Below, piece after piece: positions 47,276-57,251 of a DNA stretch of 64,000 nt (position 1 is its first letter; each line of letters opens with the position of its first letter). The notes under the pieces are model-generated. The model was not told the origin of the DNA, did no database searches, and saw nothing but the letters and a program-made list of their open reading frames with translations. Origin of the DNA: a virus (taxonomy: Duplodnaviria; Caudoviricetes); IMG/VR virus record IMGVR_UViG_3300020049_012431, positions 14,735-78,734 of that record; one strand, written 5' to 3'. Made by a program: the position numbers and the translations under genes.

Positions 47276-48676
47276 CTATGGTTCAAAAAAATCAAAAGCC
47301 GCGCGGTATATAGTGTTGGATGCGGTTTCTGGTGTTACGTATGTTTGTATTCTTGCTGGCCCAGTTATTTTAATTGGTGATGTGTATGTTCTTGCGAATG
47401 TTGATGTTTGTCCATACAAACGAACAAAGTCACTAACTTGAGTTTCAACTGAATTTGATACATTTAATTGTTTTGAGTTTAATGTGAATAAAGCCCCGGA
47501 ACCAACTGTTGTACCATTATGACCACAAGAAATACCTGTTATATTACATATTTTTCCTGTTGGTATATAATGATGTGCCCAAAATGTTTGGTTGTTACCA
47601 ACAGCAATACTACCAAATGTAACGCTAGCTAATGTTTGTAAAGAGATAATACCGGCATTCGTGCCTCCGCTACCAGCGGTGATTACTTCCAGTTGTTCTA
47701 TAAAGCAAATATTTGTAGCAACAGTATTTACTGCGGTGGTGCCATTTAATGTTAATGTTTCTGTGAAAGGTCCTGCTCCAGTTTGATCCAAATATGTAAT
47801 CTTAACAGAACGAGCCCCGGTTCCTGCCGATGTGTCATTCGCTGAGGATGAAACTATTTTTCTTTGAGCATTAGTTGTTTGTTCTGTATATGTTGTTCTT
47901 CTTACTAAAACGCGAGTTAGTGCTGATGTTGTTATATCACCAAAAGCAAAATCGGCGCCAAATCCGGTTAAAGATGATGTAACCAATCTTCCTGAAGAAT
48001 CTACCGCTAATGGTATCATATTTATACCATCTGACCCTGAAACCAGTTGTGATTGTGCTGCTAGTGCTTGATTATTATTACCATAAGTGGGATCTTCATT
48101 ATTTATTTGTGTTGATGCATCATATGAAACTGTGATGGTCCCTGATGTAAACGCGGTGGCTATTAGTCTGACGAATTGAAATCCAGCACATTCGACTAAA
48201 AATGTATTATTTACTGTTGTGGTTTGGATTCTTGAGTTTGTTGGTCTACCCACACCGTCAAGTGTGACCCAATTAGTATTATCCGATGTTCCTTGTATCG
48301 TTAATGTAGCAACCCAAGTGCCAGTAACGGTAAAAGTTATAACACCTCGACCTTGTGTATTAACCGATACGACACCATTTAATGCCGTAATATTTCCTGT
48401 ACCAATTAAATCTGTTGTCGCAGAAGGGGATACAACCCACGGCGATGTACTCTGTGTAACAGCAACGGTACCGGAAACCGGTTGTGTTGTTGTTCCTGTT
48501 GGATTAATTCTTAAGGGATTTGCGGCGGTACCTGTTTCAGTACCAACCGCATCTCTTAAATTTGTATGTAAAGATCCAGCAGATGTTGACTGTATTGGTG
48601 TTTGTTCTGTGCCAGACGAATCTGACCCAACTATTAAAACCGCTTCAGCTGATTGTATCTGCGTAAGATCTGCCAT
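47276..48676 (-). CDS. hypothetical structural (beta-rich) protein
   Basis: TQPVSGTV, SSANDTSAGTGARSV motifs seen in virion proteins. Confidence 0.6.
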   Translation of the reverse strand: MADLTQIQSAEAVLIVGSDSSGTEQTPIQSTSAGSLHTNLRDAVGTETGTAANPLRINPTGTTTQPVSGTVAVTQSTSPWVVSPSATTDLIGTGNITALNGVVSVNTQGRGVITFTVTGTWVATLTIQGTSDNTNWVTLDGVGRPTNSRIQTTTVNNTFLVECAGFQFVRLIATAFTSGTITVSYDASTQINNEDPTYGNNNQALAAQSQLVSGSDGINMIPLAVDSSGRLVTSSLTGFGADFAFGDITTSALTRVLVRRTTYTEQTTNAQRKIVSSSANDTSAGTGARSVKITYLDQTGAGPFTETLTLNGTTAVNTVATNICFIEQLEVITAGSGGTNAGIISLQTLASVTFGSIAVGNNQTFWAHHYIPTGKICNITGISCGHNGTTVGSGALFTLNSKQLNVSNSVETQVSDFVRLYGQTSTFARTYTSPIKITGPARIQTYVTPETASNTIYRAAFDFFEP

Positions 48677-48679
48677 AAA

Positions 48680-49756
48680 TTATACTTCATATCCTTCTAT
48701 TGTGCTATATAAATTCTGTGATTGATTGTCCAAATTAGTTAACACAACAGATACAACAACTGCCGCTGCTAAATTTTGTGGACTAACAAAGGAATACTCA
48801 ATGTTTGGATTTGCCGTAGAATTGAATAATATAGCCTTTGTTACACCAGCAATTTTAATATCAACTTTCATTTTTCCACTAGCAGATGCTATTATTTTTT
48901 GTAAATGCAAAGTTTTTGCCGCAGTTACTGTATAGCTGTGTGTATCACTTGCCGCACCAGCAATTGCTGTCGCTTGTTTAAAATCCAACACCTCTGTTGC
49001 CCCAGATATTGTATCAACAATACTAACTGGAACAGGATTAGATGCCGAATAGTACGTACCAGATCCATCAGCAATTTGCGATTTAACGCTGTCTTGTGCA
49101 GCAGAAAGATCACGAATATCTAAATCTGTAGCGTCAACTGTTAAACTTCCGCCATTGTCCGTAATATTCAATGATCCATCAGCATTGATAGCGATAAAAT
49201 CAGTTCCATCACCAATTTTAATGCTGTCTTGTGTATGCGATAAATTTCTGATGTCCAAATCTGTAGCGCTTACTGTAACACTTGATCCACTAACGTCTAC
49301 TTTGTCTGTAGCAAATACAAGGTCTCTAATATCTAAATTAGATGCGTCAACAGTGATGCTGTTTCCACCATCTTGTATATTTACAGCAGCAGCACCAGAA
49401 CCGTTTTGTACAGTGATTGACTCCAAAGCGGCTAATGTTGGCGCATCTAGTGCAACAACCGAACCGCCCACATCAACTTTATCTGTAGCAAATACTAAAT
49501 CTCTAATATCTAGATCAGTAGATGATACCGTAACACTAGAACCGCTCACATCTACCTTATCGGTAGCAAAAGCTAAGTCTCTAATATCTAAGTTTGTTGC
49601 GTCTACGGTAAGACTTCCACTGTTGTCTGTAATATTTAATGACCCGTCAGCATTAACTGTCAGTAGTTGCGACGTTAGCGTTCCGTCCGAAATTCTACTT
49701 ACTACATCCCCATTATTTTCCGTCCTGACCGGCAGGCTCGAATTGTAATCACTCAT
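48680..49756 (-). CDS. repeat-containing structural protein
   Basis: LDIRDL(A/V)FATDKVDV repeated; MSDYNSSLPVRTE start. Confidence 0.65.
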   Translation of the reverse strand: MSDYNSSLPVRTENNGDVVSRISDGTLTSQLLTVNADGSLNITDNSGSLTVDATNLDIRDLAFATDKVDVSGSSVTVSSTDLDIRDLVFATDKVDVGGSVVALDAPTLAALESITVQNGSGAAAVNIQDGGNSITVDASNLDIRDLVFATDKVDVSGSSVTVSATDLDIRNLSHTQDSIKIGDGTDFIAINADGSLNITDNGGSLTVDATDLDIRDLSAAQDSVKSQIADGSGTYYSASNPVPVSIVDTISGATEVLDFKQATAIAGAASDTHSYTVTAAKTLHLQKIIASASGKMKVDIKIAGVTKAILFNSTANPNIEYSFVSPQNLAAAVVVSVVLTNLDNQSQNLYSTIEGYEV

Positions 49757-49768
49757 CTTTTTTCCCCT

Positions 49769-49945
49769 TTAGTTGAGTTTTTCTATTTCTTTTTTAAGTT
49801 CTTCTTCTTTTTTTAACTGGATTTCAACGTGCTCTTGAAGGCGCGTTACCTCATCCATTCTTTCTTCAATTCTAATTTCAAGCTCATGTCGGGCTGTAAC
49901 TACCTTCATAAGCTCAAGCTTCTTCTTTTTTTGTTCTAAGCTCAT
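49769..49945 (-). CDS. small coiled-coil protein (58 aa)
   Basis: Translated by hand (MSLEQKKKKLELMKV...); fills the gap; below the track cutoff. Confidence 0.6.
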   Translation of the reverse strand: MSLEQKKKKLELMKVVTARHELEIRIEERMDEVTRLQEHVEIQLKKEEELKKEIEKLN

Positions 49946-49948
49946 CGC

Positions 49949-50560
49949 TTACCCCTTTTCAATGACATCAATACGAACATTAAAGTCGCCGACTGATGGT
50001 CTGTTATGTATTACTTGAACCTGTATTGTTTGTCCTGCGGTTACTTTTGCTGGCAAACCAAAACTAGATCCAAAATTAAAAAAATCATTAAGCGGAGCAC
50101 CAAAAAAGGTTCTACGCTTATCCACAACTATACCGTTAAGTTTAATTGTATACTCAGCAATGTTTGTGCCAGAAAAATAAGCCTTATCCATATATGTTTC
50201 TTTACCAGAAGGAACCGTGTAATTTAGTATTGTTGTCAATACACCATTAGGCACACTTGTTACTTCATTATAATAGTATTTAGGTGAAACTGTCGGATCA
50301 CCCTGCACCGGGCTAGTGGTGACAAGAATGCTTGTATTAATAAGATTAACATCAAGACCTTGTTTACCACCAACCGGAGTACTAGTGATGAGACTAACAC
50401 CATCACCAAGTCGAATACTATCATCGGTATGTGTGATAATGACCTCTACTCCACCTGGTGGTGGAACAGAAAAGGCACTGACACGCAAACTTTGGTTTGA
50501 CGTATCATGCACATCCCTAAGGATGTTTTCTTGGCTAAGGTCACTAGCGTTAAAAACCAT
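49949..50560 (-). CDS. hypothetical structural protein
   Basis: C-terminal beta domain resembles that of 48680..49756. Confidence 0.6.
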   Translation of the reverse strand: MVFNASDLSQENILRDVHDTSNQSLRVSAFSVPPPGGVEVIITHTDDSIRLGDGVSLITSTPVGGKQGLDVNLINTSILVTTSPVQGDPTVSPKYYYNEVTSVPNGVLTTILNYTVPSGKETYMDKAYFSGTNIAEYTIKLNGIVVDKRRTFFGAPLNDFFNFGSSFGLPAKVTAGQTIQVQVIHNRPSVGDFNVRIDVIEKG

Positions 50561-50562
50561 GT

Positions 50563-52566
50563 TTATTTAACATTTCCCAATGCTGCTTGTTGTGCTTCTG
50601 GATTACTAAGAACATTAGAAGGAACAGAAGGCATATTTGGCATATTAGGTAAATCTCCATTATTTGACGGTTGACCCGGAGGTTGTGGTGGCTGACCCGC
50701 ATTCATATCCGACTGTTCAGGACCTGGAGGAGTTCCGCCAGCAGGACCTAACGGTTGTTCTCCGATAATCTGCAATAATGCTGGATCTGTTTGTCTCAAT
50801 AGAGTAATGTGTTCATTTATATGCTCTAATACAGTAGCCGTGAGATGTTGATCTTTTCGCATATCAGCAGTAGATAATATTCCTCGGTGCCCCTTGATGT
50901 GTTTAATATGCTCATCAATAGCTAGAGCCATGACTTGTTCGCCGCTTGATAGACGTTCATTCTCATCTTCAATTAATAGTAGTTCTTTTTGTACATCATC
51001 AGTAATTGTGTCGAGTTGTCCGGTAACTAACACATTCATATATTGTTCTGGTGTTTTAACTATACCATACTGAATAAGCTGACTAGCCATTTCCATTTTA
51101 CCGGCAGTTGTACGACTAATTGGATTACCCATGTCAACAATAACTCGGTTTACTTGACTAAGATCGTCTCCGGTAAATTCGGTTGCAATGTATGACCGAT
51201 TTGCTTTTCCTGCAATCATAGCAATACGAGGAACTGCAGCAAAGTCTTTTAACATGTTAACTAAACCAGTGCCCACATCTTCAACAAGCTCAATATATTG
51301 CTGTTGCAGACCTGAAATAAACTGAAGCGCCATTGATTGAACTAGAGCAAGAGCTGCGCCAGTTTTAAGACTAGCCTCTGGACTTCCGCGTGCAACACTG
51401 TTAACGCCAGAGATTGTTTCCATTTTACTTTCAAGCATTTGAAGAAAGTCAAACACTTCTCTTGGTGTATTTGTTAGATTCATCGATTCAGGTTTACCCG
51501 CACCGGCATTTCCTTCGATAATATTTAAACCACCAGAAAGACTACGCATGCTAACATCAGCACCACGAGGAACATAGATATTCTGTACACCCAATGCGTG
51601 TTGATTTGTAAATACTGTGCTATATAAAGAATTCACAGCATCTTGGATTGGTAGTAAGTCAAACATTGGTGTGTAACCATAAGGAGTACCAAGAATATCA
51701 GATGGGCTAATTCTATGAACAGGGAGTGTTCTGTATGGAAGAGCTGTGTCCAATAATACGATATCTTTATCTAAAAATAGCATATAACGACCATCTGGCA
51801 TACTCTCTGTTTTTTTATGATAAAATTCATAAACAGCAACATCAGCGGTTTCATCATAGGCATACATTTCCATACGAAATTTAAATAAATCGGATTTCGT
51901 TTGTAGACCTTTTATTTTATCTTCAAATTCAGGATATTTAGCAGCAAAGTCGAATTTATTTTTAAAACTACGACAAACAACCCAGTCATGGTTGCTGCTT
52001 TCTTTTGTTGTATCAAAAACTACATCATAAGGTGAAAGAACACAAAACTCAGCGTCACCTTCATAAATCGGTGTACCTGTTTCATCGTTTGTATCATAAA
52101 TTTCGCCACTAGTAGCATTCCAGTCTATTTTTAAATAACCGCTACCAAGAACAATAGCATATTCTACAGCTTGATGTAAGTGCCGCTCAACGCGTTTTTC
52201 ACGCATATAATAATCTAACAGTTGATTAGCTAATTTCGTTTGGACTAATGATTTATAGTCGCTATTTGTTGCTCTAGCTTGAAAACTAGGTCTATTCGCG
52301 GTAATCATCTGTAAAATATGTTGTGCGATATTCCGTAAATGATTTACAGCTAAATGGGTAAGCTCACCCTGTTCGCCACCAAACACAATACGGTGTGCAC
52401 CATTGACAGATGTGTAGTATGCACCATGATATGCCATCCACATCTCTCTTACTTTGCTTAAATATCCATTATTATACAGTTCATTATACCAAACATTTGC
52501 TTTATGTAAGATATTTTCTGCGGTCTGCCTTGACTCTTGCGATGCAAAATACTTTGTTTCTGACAT
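50563..52566 (-). CDS. portal protein
   Basis: 667 aa directly after terminase; helical core and P/Q-rich tail. Confidence 0.85.
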   Translation of the reverse strand: MSETKYFASQESRQTAENILHKANVWYNELYNNGYLSKVREMWMAYHGAYYTSVNGAHRIVFGGEQGELTHLAVNHLRNIAQHILQMITANRPSFQARATNSDYKSLVQTKLANQLLDYYMREKRVERHLHQAVEYAIVLGSGYLKIDWNATSGEIYDTNDETGTPIYEGDAEFCVLSPYDVVFDTTKESSNHDWVVCRSFKNKFDFAAKYPEFEDKIKGLQTKSDLFKFRMEMYAYDETADVAVYEFYHKKTESMPDGRYMLFLDKDIVLLDTALPYRTLPVHRISPSDILGTPYGYTPMFDLLPIQDAVNSLYSTVFTNQHALGVQNIYVPRGADVSMRSLSGGLNIIEGNAGAGKPESMNLTNTPREVFDFLQMLESKMETISGVNSVARGSPEASLKTGAALALVQSMALQFISGLQQQYIELVEDVGTGLVNMLKDFAAVPRIAMIAGKANRSYIATEFTGDDLSQVNRVIVDMGNPISRTTAGKMEMASQLIQYGIVKTPEQYMNVLVTGQLDTITDDVQKELLLIEDENERLSSGEQVMALAIDEHIKHIKGHRGILSTADMRKDQHLTATVLEHINEHITLLRQTDPALLQIIGEQPLGPAGGTPPGPEQSDMNAGQPPQPPGQPSNNGDLPNMPNMPSVPSNVLSNPEAQQAALGNVK

Positions 52567-52578
52567 GTTTACCTCAAG

Positions 52579-52590
52579 GATATATGTTAT
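52579..52590 (-). promoter_or_regulatory. putative late promoter motif
   Basis: ATAACATATATC overlapping the terminase stop, upstream of the portal RBS. Confidence 0.6.
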
Positions 52591-54059
52591 TTGATCCCGA
52601 ATCTCTTGGGTTTCTTAATTTTCATCATTTCGGTAAAATCTTGCTCAAATTTAGTGGTAGGAGCATTCGTAACAACGGGATTAAACACAGCACCCATGCT
52701 TCCAGTAAACTGGTAGTTTGATGGGTATGGGTTTTTATTGAAATTGATGTTTCGGCACAGATATTTTAAAGCATCTACAGCATCGTAGTGACCTTGATCG
52801 GCACTACGGGCATAACTAGTTCGGGCTCTGTTCCAAATTGATGATTTTAAGTGATAAATGAGAGTCTTACAGCGCGGATTTATTATAATACGCTCGGAAC
52901 GTAGAAGCATACGCATGTTATTAAGTGCGGCATCAGCGTTATCCTTTAATGTAGGTATAAAGCTAATATTATGCTTAACAGCTAAGTCATTTAATAGGAT
53001 AAGATTGTTATTATCCGCTACTCGAAGGCTGGGTTCCTTGATTTGACCCGTCATCGGATGCGTCCAAAGGCTTGATTCTTTTAGTTTTATTAGCTCTGCC
53101 AAGCTATCAGTAAGCATTTTTTTGCCACTAAGTACGACTTCGTCCTCTATTATAATCTTTCCTGCTAAAAAGTCATAATAACCAAATAAAGCGACGGTTA
53201 AATCCTTACTGCCGATGTCCATGGCAACATAACTGTCAAAATACACCGGTCTAGGCCATTCTTTTGCTATTGTTTGCTCCAATGCTGGGGTAAATTCGGG
53301 TATTACAGCATCATCTTCTGAAGTTACCATTTCCACAAGATATTCTCGCTTAAAATCCGTTGTATCCTTGCCACCAAGAGCATCAGCTATCTGATTTATA
53401 TCATCTTCAGTCAATCGAGGATTGTCATAGATTGTTTTTTTAATAAATCTCTCATCTAGCTCCGCTTTTTTTAAAAAGTTCATAAAAGGGTGATCTGGAG
53501 CCTTGGATGGCGTGCTTGCCATCACAATTTTACCCTGTGTTGTTGTAGTTGTGGGAATAAGAATACTATTTACTATATAATCTAAATCATCACAGAACCC
53601 AGCTTCATCTATAATACAAAGATGTGCCTTATTTCCTCGAATTGACTCAGCGTGACCATTGTCAGTACCGGCAAGCTGTATCTCACTTCCATTTTGAAAC
53701 TTAAATATATGATCCTGACTATTATATGCGGGCTTTAATTCCGGTGGACTATCAGCGGTAATCTCCCGAACAAGAGGACTAATAATACGTTTGATGTCTT
53801 TTACTTTTGGTGCGATAAATTTAACGATTACATAAGGGTTTTTTAGACATGTTTCGATAGCTAACACAGTAAGGAAGTAACTTTTCCCTAATTGACGACT
53901 AGATCCTATTACAATAATTTTATCGGGCTTATTTCTACAAAAATCATACATTTCCAGTTGGTTTTTATCCAACTTCCAATGTAATATGGCTTTGCGCCAT
54001 AATGCTTCTATAGCGTCTTTTTTAGTTATCTTCTTCGAGTTCTCTGGCGATTGCGACAA
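52587..54059 (-). CDS. terL: terminase large subunit (start codon uncertain)
   Basis: Walker A SSRQLGKS, Walker B IIDEAG, MASTP, nuclease VAMDIG, GHYDAVDA. Confidence 0.92.
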   Translation of the reverse strand: MSQSPENSKKITKKDAIEALWRKAILHWKLDKNQLEMYDFCRNKPDKIIVIGSSRQLGKSYFLTVLAIETCLKNPYVIVKFIAPKVKDIKRIISPLVREITADSPPELKPAYNSQDHIFKFQNGSEIQLAGTDNGHAESIRGNKAHLCIIDEAGFCDDLDYIVNSILIPTTTTTQGKIVMASTPSKAPDHPFMNFLKKAELDERFIKKTIYDNPRLTEDDINQIADALGGKDTTDFKREYLVEMVTSEDDAVIPEFTPALEQTIAKEWPRPVYFDSYVAMDIGSKDLTVALFGYYDFLAGKIIIEDEVVLSGKKMLTDSLAELIKLKESSLWTHPMTGQIKEPSLRVADNNNLILLNDLAVKHNISFIPTLKDNADAALNNMRMLLRSERIIINPRCKTLIYHLKSSIWNRARTSYARSADQGHYDAVDALKYLCRNINFNKNPYPSNYQFTGSMGAVFNPVVTNAPTTKFEQDFTEMMKIKKPKRFGIK

Positions 54060-54393
54060 GATCCACTTCCTTCACATTTCTATAGTCTTTATGTTCTATA
54101 GTCTGTGTTGACTGTTCTTTTACCAATCTCAAATTTTTGATAAGAAGGTCTAAGCGTTTTATCTCATCTAAAGATAGTTCTCTACCCGCTGACTTCTGTT
54201 TGATAATATCAATTTGTTCAACACAAATAAGTTCTTCTGGTGTTACTGCTAACGGTTTCGATAACATAGACTCTAATGATAATATTTTCTCTCTAAGAAG
54301 AGAGTTTTCTTGTTTTAATTTAAAAAGTTCGACATCATTAATAGATTCGAGTTCTTTTTTTGTTTTTTTAGATAGAGACTTTATGTCGTCCAT
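54022..54393 (-). CDS. hypothetical protein, possible terminase small subunit
   Basis: Helical ORF immediately upstream of terL. Confidence 0.45.
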   Translation of the reverse strand: MDDIKSLSKKTKKELESINDVELFKLKQENSLLREKILSLESMLSKPLAVTPEELICVEQIDIIKQKSAGRELSLDEIKRLDLLIKNLRLVKEQSTQTIEHKDYRNVKEVDLVAIARELEEDN

Positions 54394-54665
54394 TAAAACA
54401 TCCGTTTAAATGCTTGCTCTTCGGGCTTAACTGAGTTTTTTACCATGATGCCACCCATTTGATTCTTGATGCCTTGTATTTCTGCACGCAATTCTGGTGA
54501 TGGATCAATGACTTTTTTAGTTTCCATCCATAAATCAAAACCCTTCATAGCAGAAAGCACAATAAGGGCAACAGGTAACGCTATATTAGGCGAAACAACC
54601 GGTGTAACACAGGCTAAAAGCAAAAAAATAACAGACCGAAAATCAATAGATTTTAGTTTTTCCAT
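54393..54665 (-). CDS. hypothetical membrane protein
   Basis: Hydrophobic N-half; AAGGA RBS. Confidence 0.55.
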   Translation of the reverse strand: MEKLKSIDFRSVIFLLLACVTPVVSPNIALPVALIVLSAMKGFDLWMETKKVIDPSPELRAEIQGIKNQMGGIMVKNSVKPEEQAFKRMF

Positions 54666-54763
54666 ATATCTTCCTTAATTTGTTGGAGAAGCACTATTTG
54701 CGTGAGCCTAATCATTATATTACCCAACAGGGCATGAGGCATTGCTTTTAATTCTTCCTTACC

Positions 54764-54775
54764 ATTATATGTTAT
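54764..54775 (-). promoter_or_regulatory. putative late promoter motif at the head of the packaging operon
   Basis: ATAACATATAAT. Confidence 0.6.
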
Positions 54776-54786
54776 TTAAAAAAAGC

Positions 54787-54815
54787 TTGACTTTCAGTAT
54801 ATTTTTTGATACAGT
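54787..54815 (+). promoter_or_regulatory. sigma70-type promoter, divergent from the late motif
   Basis: TTGACT-17-TACAGT. Confidence 0.7.
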
Positions 54816-54861
54816 GTAGGAATATGTGGGCATGGTGCCCCTATTAAACTATGGAGAATAT

Positions 54862-55728
54862 GTGAAGAAATATATTTTAGGGTTAGTGTTATTACTATCC
54901 CAGGCTACGTTTGCAGCCCTAAAGCACGTCCCTGTTACTTTATCTAAAGATAACATGTTAGTATTAAATGATCCATTTGAAGCTGATACAGCTTCAAAAG
55001 TAGCACAAGCTGCGCGAGAACTTGATGCAAAAAGCCCATCAAATGAACCTATTTACTTAGTATTAGATACACCGGGTGGAAGTATTAGTGCTGGTATGGA
55101 ACTTATTACTAATTTAAATAATTTAAATCGTCCAGTACACACAATTACAATTTTTTCTGCTAGTATGGGGTTTCAAACTGTACAAGGAGTTAAAGGTGAT
55201 CGGCTTATGGTAGAACATGGAACACTTATGTCACATAAAGCTCGTGGTGGAGTGAATGGTGAATTTCCCGGACAACTAGATAGTCGATATAGTTGGATTT
55301 TATCTGTTGTAACCGATCTTGATAAAAAGGTTGCATCTCGTACCGGAGGAAAGCACACACTACAATCATATCAAGCACTAATCGAAAATGAATATTGGTG
55401 TACACCGGAACATTGTGCTAGTAATGGTTTAATTGATGGTATTGCTGATGTAAAATGTGATGCATCATTAAACGGAACGCATGATAAGGTTGTTGACCAA
55501 GCTGCATTTTTGGATATGACATTGCAACTTGTCGCTAAACTAAGTGATTGCCCCGTTATCACCGGCCCTTTAGAAATGAATGTGTTAGTTAATGGTAAGA
55601 ATGTTTTTAAAAATTCTGTAGATAAACCAGATTTTACTGCAGAACAAGCAAAAGCAATTAATGATTTTAATATAAAAGCACAAAAGTTAATTCTTGATGG
55701 TAGAAAAATTGACTATTATAGGAAGTAA
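54862..55728 (+). CDS. ClpP-like serine protease with N-terminal signal peptide
   Basis: LDTPGGS, SASMG (Ser), LMSHKA (His); GTG 54862 after GGAGA gives MKKYILGLVLLLSQATFA. Confidence 0.75.
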   Translation: MKKYILGLVLLLSQATFAALKHVPVTLSKDNMLVLNDPFEADTASKVAQAARELDAKSPSNEPIYLVLDTPGGSISAGMELITNLNNLNRPVHTITIFSASMGFQTVQGVKGDRLMVEHGTLMSHKARGGVNGEFPGQLDSRYSWILSVVTDLDKKVASRTGGKHTLQSYQALIENEYWCTPEHCASNGLIDGIADVKCDASLNGTHDKVVDQAAFLDMTLQLVAKLSDCPVITGPLEMNVLVNGKNVFKNSVDKPDFTAEQAKAINDFNIKAQKLILDGRKIDYYRK

Positions 55729-55731
55729 TAT

Positions 55732-56025
55732 ATGGATTGGTTAGAACAAGCAAGAAATCTACTGGAGAGTCTGAAAAGACGATCCAGAGAACTAGAAGAA
55801 ATTAAGTTTGAACTAAATAATGCTGGTGTTGATGAACTTCAGCATTTATATGAAGAAGAGTTTAAAGTTGCGATGGAGATGAGTGATATTTTTGAAACGC
55901 TAAATCTAACATTAGATCGCATGGAACAAAATGAAGACAGTGAATTTATAGCATCAAGACTTAGAACACAAGCAGAATGTATTATTGGTGGTTTTGAAGA
56001 ATACGGATTTAAGGAGCAAATATGA
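55732..56025 (+). CDS. hypothetical coiled-coil protein
   Basis: RBS and ORF. Confidence 0.55.
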   Translation: MDWLEQARNLLESLKRRSRELEEIKFELNNAGVDELQHLYEEEFKVAMEMSDIFETLNLTLDRMEQNEDSEFIASRLRTQAECIIGGFEEYGFKEQI

Positions 56026-56534
56026 CATTAGATGAATTGATTGTTAGTTTAGATAAAAGTTTTACTACTAGATATAGCAAAAAATTTGCTGATCTAAATA
56101 AAAACGTATACCCTACAGCAAAAAATGACACAGGAGCTTTCGAAGTTCCTGTTCCAGTTCTTGGTAGTGGCGGCGGAACGCTTATTACAGGAAAAGACGC
56201 TGATTTTAAATTGGAACCGCCAGCTATGGTAAGTGTTCAATTTAAAAATATGCAACCTCAACAAATTGTGTATAGAATTGCTATTCCTTACAGTGAGTGC
56301 GAAATTGCCGCAAATAAACCTGAATATTTTAATTATCTATTTGATGCTATTGTAAATAAGGCCCTTGGTAATTATGCCGCAACTGTTGGGCAATCTGATG
56401 TAGTTAGATTTGGCACAAATTATATTTCTTTTAATAGACCAGATTCTTTGGGTGTGTTTAAGCAATTAGAAAATATGGATCTTGAATTGCGTTTTTGTGG
56501 TGAGTGGGCGAGTAATAAGGAGGATTTGACATGA
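56022..56534 (+). CDS. hypothetical protein
   Basis: ATGA-coupled, AAGGAG RBS. Confidence 0.6.
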   Translation: MTLDELIVSLDKSFTTRYSKKFADLNKNVYPTAKNDTGAFEVPVPVLGSGGGTLITGKDADFKLEPPAMVSVQFKNMQPQQIVYRIAIPYSECEIAANKPEYFNYLFDAIVNKALGNYAATVGQSDVVRFGTNYISFNRPDSLGVFKQLENMDLELRFCGEWASNKEDLT

Positions 56535-56887
56535 GTGGTGGTGGCACAAAATCAGATAACGGAAAATCTCCCTGTACACTAATACCAAAAGATGCTGTAT
56601 GGGGAATGGCTGATGCCTTTGCGTTTGGTGCCAAAAAGTATGGAAGACATAATTTTAGAAACGGCATTGCCTATTCTCGTCTAGCTGACGCTTGTATTCG
56701 ACACCTAACTGCATATATGGAAAGCGAAAACAACGATCCTGAAAGTGGGTTATCCCACATAGATCATGCGTTAGCTAGTTTGGCTATGCTTAAATTTATG
56801 AGCACACATAAACCGGAAATGGATGACCGCTGGGCACCAGAAAAAGAAGATGTATGTTGTGGTGGCGGATGTCATGAAGATAAATAA
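56531..56887 (+). CDS. dATP/dGTP diphosphohydrolase-domain protein
   Basis: K.D.GK....L.P, FGAKKYG..N, RHL, DPESGLSH..HA. Confidence 0.8.
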   Translation: MSGGGTKSDNGKSPCTLIPKDAVWGMADAFAFGAKKYGRHNFRNGIAYSRLADACIRHLTAYMESENNDPESGLSHIDHALASLAMLKFMSTHKPEMDDRWAPEKEDVCCGGGCHEDK

Positions 56888-57251
56888 ATCAGAATTTAGA
56901 GTTGCGGTAGACATTGATGATACACTCATCATGTATCCAAGTAAAAATGCTGACACGGCAACGTTAAAGCATCGTGGCTACCAAACTTTCACAAATATAC
57001 ACACGGGGGAGCTTTTTTGGGCTCGTCCGTCTAAGACACATATTGATCTTATTAAAGCAAGTAAGAATCGCGGTTACGAGGTTACTGTATGGAGCGCTGC
57101 TGGTTGGGCTCATGCTGAACAGATAGTAAAAGAGCTTGGTATTGAGTCATATGTTGACAATATTGAGACAAAGTATACTAAATTAATTGACGACCTGAGT
57201 CCTAACGAGATTTTTCCCATCAGAATATACCTGGAGAGTAAAGATGAGTAA
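56874..57251 (+). CDS. HAD-superfamily phosphatase
   Basis: VDIDDTL (motif I), VWSAAG, IDD; start moved to ATG 56874. Confidence 0.75.
   Translation: MKINKSEFRVAVDIDDTLIMYPSKNADTATLKHRGYQTFTNIHTGELFWARPSKTHIDLIKASKNRGYEVTVWSAAGWAHAEQIVKELGIESYVDNIETKYTKLIDDLSPNEIFPIRIYLESKDE

Noticed and set aside
18861-54665. Numerous + strand ORFs of 60-200 aa antisense to the structural genes (and - strand shadows over the replication genes and lon)
   Set aside because: They lack RBS and motifs and mirror the codon bias of the real genes on the other strand.
56531-56887. Evidence for a 2-aminoadenine (Z) or 7-deazaguanine genome
   Set aside because: No PurZ, Que or Dpd genes are recognisable in the window; the domain alone is not diagnostic.
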